Positions 30,241-37,065 of a stretch of DNA of 37,065 nucleotides are shown here, one piece after another. The stretch lies in the sequence record SRR2962707_777. One strand, given 5' to 3'. The notes below the pieces were generated by a model that was not told the DNA's origin, made no database searches, and was given only the letters and a program-made list of their open reading frames with translations. The position numbers and the translations under genes are program-made. Positions within the stretch are counted from its first letter, which is position 1. Every line of letters begins with the position of its first letter.

Positions 30241-31480
30241 CAACAAGCTCTTTTGGTAAAATACTTTTCACATCATAAATGATCGGAGTGCTTTTTCTGA
30301 TCTTTTCCCAACTCATTGACAGAAATTCTTTGTGAGAAACTGCTAAAATGATCGCATCATAATTTCCTTCTGGCGATTCTGAAAGGTGGATACCATACTC
30401 ATAAACTACTTGGTCAGAATCTGCCTGAGGATCATATACGTCAACCATCACTCCATATGATATTAACTCATTGTAAATATCTATCACACGGGTATTCCTG
30501 GTGTCGGGACAATTTTCTTTAAACGTAAATCCTAGTATCAAAACCCGACTATCACTGCCAAGCCGCTTTTTTTGTCCAAGCATCTTAATGATTTTTTGAG
30601 CTACATATTGCCCCATTTTATCATTGATCTTTCGCCCTGATAATATCACTTGAGGATGATAACCTACTGACTCAGCCTTTTGGGTCAAATAGAAAGGATC
30701 TACCCCAATGCAATGTCCCCCTACAAGACCTGGCCTAAATGGAAGGAAATTCCATTTTGTGCCTGCCGCTTCCAGAACTTCAGAGGTGTCAATTCCCAAC
30801 CTATCAAAAATCAATGCCAGCTCATTCACAAAAGCAATATTTATATCCCGTTGTGAATTCTCGATCACTTTAGCAGCCTCAGCTACTTTTATTGAAGATG
30901 CCTTGTGGGTCCCCGCTGTAATAAACGAACGATAGAAAGCATCAACCCTGTCTGCTGTTTCGGATGTACTTCCACTAGTCACTTTAAGTATGGTAGAAAT
31001 ACGGTGTTCTTTATCGCCGGGATTGATTCGTTCAGGAGAGTACCCGCAGAAGAAGTCCTCATTGAATTTTAGATCACTTTCACTTTCCAATATTGGAACA
31101 CAAACCTCTTCGGTACAACCCGGAAATACAGTGGACTCATAAACAACAATATCTCCTTTTTTCAGCATTGGGCCAATTAGGCTTGAAGCATTTTTGATCG
31201 GTCCTAAATCAGGATTTTTATTGTCATCGACAGGAGTGGGAACCGTAACTATATAGAAATTACAGCTTACCAAATCTTGTGCCTTGGAAGTAAAAGTAAG
31301 GTGTGAAGCCTTTTTCAGGTCTGCCGGTTCAACCTCTAAGGTTCGATCTTTCCCAGAGCTCAGTTCATCTATTCTACTTTCATCAATATCAAAGCCTACA
31401 GTTGGATAGCGTTGGCCGCTTTCCACTGCTAATGGAAGCCCCACGTATCCAAGCCCTATGATTCCTACACTATAGTTCAT
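30227..31480 (-). CDS. UDP-N-acetylhexosamine dehydrogenase (WbpO/TviB-like)
   Basis: [52 protein letters not shown]. Confidence 0.88.
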   Translation of the reverse strand: MNYSVGIIGLGYVGLPLAVESGQRYPTVGFDIDESRIDELSSGKDRTLEVEPADLKKASHLTFTSKAQDLVSCNFYIVTVPTPVDDNKNPDLGPIKNASSLIGPMLKKGDIVVYESTVFPGCTEEVCVPILESESDLKFNEDFFCGYSPERINPGDKEHRISTILKVTSGSTSETADRVDAFYRSFITAGTHKASSIKVAEAAKVIENSQRDINIAFVNELALIFDRLGIDTSEVLEAAGTKWNFLPFRPGLVGGHCIGVDPFYLTQKAESVGYHPQVILSGRKINDKMGQYVAQKIIKMLGQKKRLGSDSRVLILGFTFKENCPDTRNTRVIDIYNELISYGVMVDVYDPQADSDQVVYEYGIHLSESPEGNYDAIILAVSHKEFLSMSWEKIRKSTPIIYDVKSILPKELVDGRL

Positions 31481-31513
31481 ACAATTCTGCTTTTAGGGCA
31501 GTAAATTATTAAG

Positions 31514-31544
31514 AACCACCCCTAACCCCTCCGAGGAGGGGAAT
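31514..31544. repeat. GC-rich REP-like palindromic element
   Basis: aaccacccctaacccctccgaggaggggaat with perfect inverted repeat cccctcc (31526-31532)/ggagggg (31535-31541), in the uxs-wbpO gap. Confidence 0.65.
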
Positions 31545-31553
31545 AATAGGGCG

Positions 31554-31561
31554 CAAAAATA
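31554..31561 (-). promoter_or_regulatory. Putative -7 promoter element (TATTTTTG) upstream of the wbpO-like/cys/wza unit
   Basis: TAnnTTTG match just downstream of the uxs stop. Confidence 0.45.
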
Positions 31562-31571
31562 GAACAAAATA

Positions 31572-32516
31572 TTAGCCTAGCACCTTCTTTTGGAAATATT
31601 CAAGGGTTGGTTTAAGTCCTTCTGCACGAGTGTATTTGGGCTCCCATTTCAAAATCTTCTTAGCCAGTGAAATGTCAGGCTTCCGTTGTTTGGGATCGTC
31701 CTTGGGTAAATCCTTGTGAATAATCTTTGATTCACTCCCTGTCAATCGTATGATTTCCTCTCCGAATTCCTTAATTGTGATTTCTTCCGGGTTCCCAATA
31801 TTTACAGGCTGAGCATAATCGCTTTTTAACAATCGATAAATGCCTTCCACCAGGTCATCCACGTATGTAAATGATCTGGTTTGAGTTCCATCTCCAAATG
31901 CAGTTAAATCTTCTCCTTTAAGGGCCTGAGAAATAAACGTTGGCAGGACTCTTCCATCATCTAATCTCATTCGCGGACCGAAGGTGTTAAAGATGCGGAC
32001 AATTCTGGTTTCCAGACCATGAAAAGTGTGATATGCCATGGTCAATGCCTCTTGAAACCTTTTTGCCTCATCATATACTCCTCTGGGACCAACTGGATTT
32101 ACATTTCCCCAATAATCTTCACTTTGTGGGTGAACCAGTGGGTCACCATAAACTTCTGATGTTGAAGCTATTAGCATTCGCGCACCTTTATCCTTTGCTA
32201 GTCCCAAACAGTTTAGAGTCCCGAGTGAACCCACCTTCATTGTTTGAATGGGCATTTTAAGATAATCGATAGGGCTAGCAGGAGACGCAAAATGTAAAAT
32301 GTACTCCAACTCACCAGGGACATGCACATATTTAGAAACATCATGATGATGGAATTCAAAATCCTCATTTCCCATCAAATGTTCTATATTCTCAATATCA
32401 CCAGTAAGGAGATTATCCATTGCTACAACATGATAGCCCTCTTTTATAAATCGATCGCACAAGTGTGACCCTAAAAATCCTGCTCCTCCGGTTATTAGTA
32501 CTTTTTTCTTAGGCAT
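31572..32516 (-). CDS. UDP-glucuronate decarboxylase (UDP-xylose synthase family)
   Basis: [65 protein letters not shown]. Confidence 0.9.
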   Translation of the reverse strand: MPKKKVLITGGAGFLGSHLCDRFIKEGYHVVAMDNLLTGDIENIEHLMGNEDFEFHHHDVSKYVHVPGELEYILHFASPASPIDYLKMPIQTMKVGSLGTLNCLGLAKDKGARMLIASTSEVYGDPLVHPQSEDYWGNVNPVGPRGVYDEAKRFQEALTMAYHTFHGLETRIVRIFNTFGPRMRLDDGRVLPTFISQALKGEDLTAFGDGTQTRSFTYVDDLVEGIYRLLKSDYAQPVNIGNPEEITIKEFGEEIIRLTGSESKIIHKDLPKDDPKQRKPDISLAKKILKWEPKYTRAEGLKPTLEYFQKKVLG

Positions 32517-33068
32517 TTAGAAATCTATTTTAGCGTCTTTGAATAAAGGTAAATTTTGATCCTTTTCAGAAAGGATTATTTCATTTTCGGGTACCCCCCA
32601 GCTGATGTTAAGGTCCGGATCATTGTACATGACACCAGTATCATGCTCTTTCGAGTACAATTCGTCTACTTGATACATCAACTTGGCATGGTCAGTTAAG
32701 ACTAAAAAACCATGTGCCATTCCTTTTGGAATGTAAAAGTGTTTTTTGTTATGAGCAGACAACCGAACCATTGAATAATGTCCAAATGTTGATGATTCCT
32801 TTCTTAAATCAACTGCTACATCCAACACTTCACCTTCAAGACATGAGACTAGCTTTGCCTGAGATTTTTTACCTGTCTGAAAATGCAATCCCCTTAGTAC
32901 TCCTTTCGAAGAACGAGATTGATTGATTTGTTTAACATCAAAATCAAATCCAGTTGCATCTTTAAACTTCTTTATATTGAAGCCCTCATAAAAATACCCG
33001 CGCTCATCTTCATATACGTCAGGCTCAAGAATCCAACAATCTTCCAGATTTGTTTTTTCTGATTTCAT
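32517..33068 (-). CDS. rfbC: dTDP-4-dehydrorhamnose 3,5-epimerase
   Basis: [35 protein letters not shown]. Confidence 0.95.
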   Translation of the reverse strand: MKSEKTNLEDCWILEPDVYEDERGYFYEGFNIKKFKDATGFDFDVKQINQSRSSKGVLRGLHFQTGKKSQAKLVSCLEGEVLDVAVDLRKESSTFGHYSMVRLSAHNKKHFYIPKGMAHGFLVLTDHAKLMYQVDELYSKEHDTGVMYNDPDLNISWGVPENEIILSEKDQNLPLFKDAKIDF

Positions 33069-33928
33069 TTTAATAAAATATTCTTCAAGTAGACTCCATA
33101 TCCACTTTTTTCTAAGGGTTTTGCTAGCTTCTCAAGTTGATCTTTTGAAATGTAATTCATCTTATAAGCCACCTCTTCAATACATCCTACTTTCAGCCCT
33201 TGTCTTTCTTCTATCACCTGGACAAAATTTCCGGCCTGCATTAAAGATGCAAATGTACCAGTATCCAACCAAGCTGTTCCTCTGTCCAAAACTTGCACAT
33301 TAAGTTTTCCGGCTTGCAAATAGTGATTATTAATATCTGTGATTTCTAACTCTCCCCGCTTGCTTGGTTTTACATTTTTAGCGATTTCAACTACATCATT
33401 GTCGTAATAATAAAGCCCTGGTACTGCGAAGTTTGATTTTGGGTTTGAGGGCTTTTCTTCGATTGATATTGCTTTATTCTTATTATCAAATTCCACCACG
33501 CCATACCTCTCTGGGTCATTGACATGATAGGCAAAAACAATTCCTCCATCCGGATTTGCACAAGCTTGGAGTTTCTTTGAAAGTCCTGAAGCGTAAAAGA
33601 TATTATCTCCAAGTATCAATGCAGCACTATCACTTCCAATGAAATCCTGCCCTATAATGAACGCCTCAGCTAACCCTTTTGGCTCTTCCTGAATGGCGTA
33701 AGAAAATGAGCACCCAAGGCCTGATCCATCACCAAGTAATTCCTTAAAAAGCGGTAAGTCCCTCGGAGTGCTGATAATTAATACTTCATTTATTCCAGAT
33801 AACATTAATGTGGATAGAGGATAATATATCATAGGCTTATCATAAACAGGCAAAATCTGCTTGCTTACTGCATATGTCAATGGATGCAATCTCGTGCCGG
33901 ATCCCCCTGCTAATATTATCCCTTTCAT
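33065..33928 (-). CDS. rfbA: Glucose-1-phosphate thymidylyltransferase
   Basis: [47 protein letters not shown]. Confidence 0.96.
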   Translation of the reverse strand: MKGIILAGGSGTRLHPLTYAVSKQILPVYDKPMIYYPLSTLMLSGINEVLIISTPRDLPLFKELLGDGSGLGCSFSYAIQEEPKGLAEAFIIGQDFIGSDSAALILGDNIFYASGLSKKLQACANPDGGIVFAYHVNDPERYGVVEFDNKNKAISIEEKPSNPKSNFAVPGLYYYDNDVVEIAKNVKPSKRGELEITDINNHYLQAGKLNVQVLDRGTAWLDTGTFASLMQAGNFVQVIEERQGLKVGCIEEVAYKMNYISKDQLEKLAKPLEKSGYGVYLKNILLK

Positions 33929-33931
33929 GGC

Positions 33932-34993
33932 TTACCTATTAGTGTAGTGCTCGTCATAATATTTCATGTAATCCCCAGACGTCACATCATTCAACCATTG
34001 CTCATTTTCAAAGTACCAATCCACTGTTCTTTTCAGCCCCTCTTCAAATTGTAATGATGGTTCCCAACCAAGCTCTTTGTTCAGTTTAGATGCATCGATT
34101 GCATATCTCATATCGTGACCCGCCCGGTCTTTAACAAAGGTGATTAATTCTCTTGAGGTACCTTCTTCGTTACCCAATTTTTTATCCATGATATCGCAAA
34201 GCAGATGAACTAAATCAATATTTTTCCACTCATTGAAACCTCCAATATTATAAGTTTCCCCATCCCCCCCTTTTTCAAAAATCAATTCGATAGCTCGGGC
34301 ATGATCCTCCACGTACAACCAATCACGAATATTTTCTCCTTTTCCATACACAGGAAGAGGTTTTTTGTTTTTTATATTGTGGATCATGAGGGGAATCAGC
34401 TTTTCTGGGAAATGATTGGGGCCATAATTATTCGAGCAATTAGAGATTACAAAAGGAAGGTTGTAAGTATTCCCATATGCCCGAACAAAATGATCAGATG
34501 AAGCCTTAGAAGCCGAATAGGGTGATTTAGGATCATATGGTGTAGATTCTAAAAAAAGTCCTTCATCTCCAAGCGAACCATAAACTTCGTCCGTAGATAC
34601 ATGGTAAAAACGACGATCTTCTTGCTCTGCCCCCCATGATTCCCTGGCCGCATTCAAAAGGCTTACCGTTCCAACTACATTTGTTTGAATGAATTCCATT
34701 GGATTTGAAATGGATCGATCAACATGTGACTCAGCAGCAAGGTGAATGACTCCCTTAAAATCATATTTCCTGAAAAGCGTTTTTACGAATTCAAAATCAC
34801 AAATGTCTCCTTTTACAAATTCATAATTGGATGCATTTTCAACATCCCGAAGGTTTTCAAGATTTCCTGCATACGTCAGTTTATCCAGATTAATCACATG
34901 ATACTTTCCTGACGTCACAAACCTCCTCACTACATGAGAACCAATGAACCCTGCACCGCCAGTAATCAATATGTTTTGAATTTTTTCTGTCAT
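33932..34993 (-). CDS. rfbB: dTDP-glucose 4,6-dehydratase
   Basis: GGAGFIGS, DKLTYAGN, HLAAESHVDRSI, STDEVYG, SPYSASKA, NCSNNYGP. Confidence 0.96.
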   Translation of the reverse strand: MTEKIQNILITGGAGFIGSHVVRRFVTSGKYHVINLDKLTYAGNLENLRDVENASNYEFVKGDICDFEFVKTLFRKYDFKGVIHLAAESHVDRSISNPMEFIQTNVVGTVSLLNAARESWGAEQEDRRFYHVSTDEVYGSLGDEGLFLESTPYDPKSPYSASKASSDHFVRAYGNTYNLPFVISNCSNNYGPNHFPEKLIPLMIHNIKNKKPLPVYGKGENIRDWLYVEDHARAIELIFEKGGDGETYNIGGFNEWKNIDLVHLLCDIMDKKLGNEEGTSRELITFVKDRAGHDMRYAIDASKLNKELGWEPSLQFEEGLKRTVDWYFENEQWLNDVTSGDYMKYYDEHYTNR

Positions 34994-35946
34994 TTGGTTT
35001 CAAGTTCATTGTTTCTATACCACGCTATCGTTTGCTTCAATCCTTCTTTAACGAGATACTCAGGAGCATAACCAAAAGCTTGTTTAGCCTTTGATACATC
35101 TGCTAAGCTATGCTTAATATCACCCTCTCGTGCTTTCACAAATTCCGGCTCAACGCTTTCCCCTGTTATTTCATTTATGTATTCAATGAGCTGTCGCAAG
35201 TTGGTTTGCTCTCCACACGCTACATTGTAAACATCGTTATAATTCATTAGTGATGTTTCTAAAGCTAGAATATTAGCTTGAACCGCGTTAGCCACAAAAG
35301 TAAAATCTCTACTGTGACTTCCATCCCCATTTATTGTCGGACGTTGGTTTGACAGTATAGCGCTGATGAACAAAGGAATGACTGCAGCATAAGGGCCATT
35401 GGGATCTTGTTTGGGACCAAACACATTGAAATATCTCAATCCAATCGTATTGAGACCATAAACTCTATGAAAAACGTCAGCATAGAGTTCATTTACCAAC
35501 TTAGTTACGGCATATGGAGATAGTGGATTTCCAATTTTATCTTCCTTTTTGGGCAGTTCTGCAGAGTCACCATAAGTTGAGGAGGAGGCAGCATAAACCA
35601 CGCGTTCTACCTTGTTTTCAACACATGCTTTAAAAACATTCAAAGTACCTTCAATATTTACCCGATTGGTTGTGAGCGGATCTTTTATCGAACGTGGAAC
35701 CGAACCCAGCGCAGCTTGGTGAGAGACAGCAAATACATCCTTCGTCAAACTTAAGACAAGGTCAGAATTCAATATATCCCCCTCTACAAACTCAAAGTTC
35801 TGGTTCTCCAGAAATTCCTGAATGTTGTTCAACGATCCGGTAGACAGGTTATCCAGACATACTACCTGATAACCCTTCTTTAGTAATGACTCTATCAAAT
35901 TTGAGCCTATAAAGCCTGCTCCTCCAGTTACAAGAATTTTTTTCAT
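34990..35946 (-). CDS. UDP-N-acetylglucosamine 4-epimerase-like SDR (WbpP/TviC-like)
   Basis: HQAALGSVPRSI, YAASSSTYGD, PLSPYAVTK, LRYFNVFG.KQDPNGPYAAVIP. Confidence 0.88.
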   Translation of the reverse strand: MKKILVTGGAGFIGSNLIESLLKKGYQVVCLDNLSTGSLNNIQEFLENQNFEFVEGDILNSDLVLSLTKDVFAVSHQAALGSVPRSIKDPLTTNRVNIEGTLNVFKACVENKVERVVYAASSSTYGDSAELPKKEDKIGNPLSPYAVTKLVNELYADVFHRVYGLNTIGLRYFNVFGPKQDPNGPYAAVIPLFISAILSNQRPTINGDGSHSRDFTFVANAVQANILALETSLMNYNDVYNVACGEQTNLRQLIEYINEITGESVEPEFVKAREGDIKHSLADVSKAKQAFGYAPEYLVKEGLKQTIAWYRNNELETK

Positions 35947-36065
35947 CCACTTTCTTATTCAGAATTAGCTAAAATTGGAATATCCTTGAAAAGCCCTATC
36001 TGAAAGATTTATGCAATGCTAAAGGGAATAGTAAGTATTTGCAAGGTGAACAAAGGTTTGAAATC

Positions 36066-36073
36066 TATCTTTG
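36066..36073 (+). promoter_or_regulatory. Putative -7 promoter element (TATCTTTG) for ccmB-ccmC
   Basis: TAnnTTTG match 4 nt before the GTG at 36078. Confidence 0.55.
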
Positions 36074-36077
36074 CGAG

Positions 36078-36728
36078 GTGCGACGAATCATAGCTCTTAT
36101 AAAGAAAGATCTTTTTGTTGACTGGAGACAGCAGAACCCCATTTCCGGCATTCTTTTGTATCTAGCCTCTACCATTTTTGCCACATATATGGCTTTTAAA
36201 GGTTTTGTGTCCCTGGAAGTATGGAATGCCTTATTCTGGATTATCCTTCTTTTTACAGCTATTAACGCCATCTCCAAAAGCTTCATTCAGGAAGAGCGAC
36301 GAACACATTACTACTTTTTTCTTTGTCGGCCTGCTGAAATCATCCAGGCCAAACTCATTTACTCTTTCCTGTATCTGATAGGCATTGCCTTCATTTCACT
36401 TATTATCTATGTTGTGCTCATGGGTAATCCCATCATCAACTATCCCTTGTTTATTCTTAACTTATTTTTAGGCTGCCTCGGGTTAAGTTCGGCATTCACC
36501 ATGGTTTCATCCATTGCCTTTCGGTCCACCAACCGCTCCATTATGATGGCAGTGTTAGGATTTCCTGTCATAATTCCGGTATTGATCTTAGCCATTAGCA
36601 ACAGCTTCAAAATACTTGATAGCTACGTTTTTACGCAGATTCAAGGCAATATTATCACCCTGTTCTCAGTCGATGTGATTATCATTGCGCTCACATTCGT
36701 TTTGTTCCCTTTTACCTGGAAGTCGTGA
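36078..36728 (+). CDS. ccmB: Heme exporter protein CcmB
   Basis: ALIKKDL..DWRQ, WNALFWIILLF, AVLGFPVIIP; about 6 TM; followed by ccmC. Start probably GTG 36078 (ORF track gives 36039). Confidence 0.85.
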   Translation: MRRIIALIKKDLFVDWRQQNPISGILLYLASTIFATYMAFKGFVSLEVWNALFWIILLFTAINAISKSFIQEERRTHYYFFLCRPAEIIQAKLIYSFLYLIGIAFISLIIYVVLMGNPIINYPLFILNLFLGCLGLSSAFTMVSSIAFRSTNRSIMMAVLGFPVIIPVLILAISNSFKILDSYVFTQIQGNIITLFSVDVIIIALTFVLFPFTWKS

Positions 36729-37065
36729 TGGGTTATTTACTAAAAACAGATTGGTGGAAATGGTTATGTGCGGTTCTTTTAACCTATACAGTGGTTGCGG
36801 GATTACTCTTTCCTGTCCCTGAACTTCCCATCTTAAACGAAACCATTCGAGCACTTCATTTTCATGTCCCGATGTGGTTTGGGATGATCTTGCTTTTTCT
36901 CGGTTCTGTCATTCACGCAATCAGATATTTAAGAACTGGCAAAAACCAATATGATATTTATAGTTTCCAGCTAGCTAATATGGGTATTGCTTTTGGCGTA
37001 TTGGGCATTGTCACCGGCATGATCTGGGCAAACTTTACCTGGGGTGAGCCATGGAGCAATGACCC
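36728..37065 (+). CDS. ccmC: Cytochrome c biogenesis protein CcmC (partial, runs off window)
   Basis: Not in the ORF track. ATG overlaps the ccmB TGA; hand translation MGYLLKTDWWKWL...ETIRALHFHVPMW...GIVTGMIWANFTWGEPWSNDP shows HVP and the start of the WWD domain. Confidence 0.9.
   Translation, partial: MGYLLKTDWWKWLCAVLLTYTVVAGLLFPVPELPILNETIRALHFHVPMWFGMILLFLGSVIHAIRYLRTGKNQYDIYSFQLANMGIAFGVLGIVTGMIWANFTWGEPWSND

Noticed and set aside
34264-34270. C7 tract in rfbB
   Set aside because: Short, in frame (Gly-Gly codons) and in a conserved gene; no evidence of slippage.
1-37065. CRISPR arrays, tRNA/rRNA genes, transposases, integrases, defence systems
   Set aside because: None seen; the window is almost fully coding and the gaps are under 180 bp.

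Overview
Bacteroidota chromosomal window, probably Cytophagales (inferred from TAnnTTTG promoter motifs, signal peptides ending just before Gln, and gene context). Housekeeping genes sit at both ends: surA, a moxR ATPase and pheS on the left, ccmB and a partial ccmC on the right. Between them is a ~32.5 kb minus-strand surface-polysaccharide locus (3389-35946). Its two outer arms carry nucleotide-sugar and initiation genes (wbpP-like, rfbB/A/C, uxs, wbpO-like, gmd, fcl, wcaJ-like, galE, wecA-like), a complete PAPS module (cysC-cysD-cysN-cysQ), a large SLBB/Wza exporter and wzz. They enclose an AT-rich ~13.7 kb cassette: wzy, wzx, two sulfotransferases, an O-acetyltransferase, a methyltransferase, three glycosyltransferases, an AlgD-like GDP-mannose dehydrogenase, a heparinase II/III-like protein and a secreted PL6 (chondroitinase B-like) protein. 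The most interesting reading, which is inference, is a self-contained pathway for a sulfated, uronic-acid-containing, glycosaminoglycan-like polysaccharide with its own lyase-like enzymes. The sequence also shows signs of cassette exchange: a relic wzz 5' end between wza and wzz, a GC step inside wzz, and two related REP-like elements flanking the wza-cys-wbpO block.
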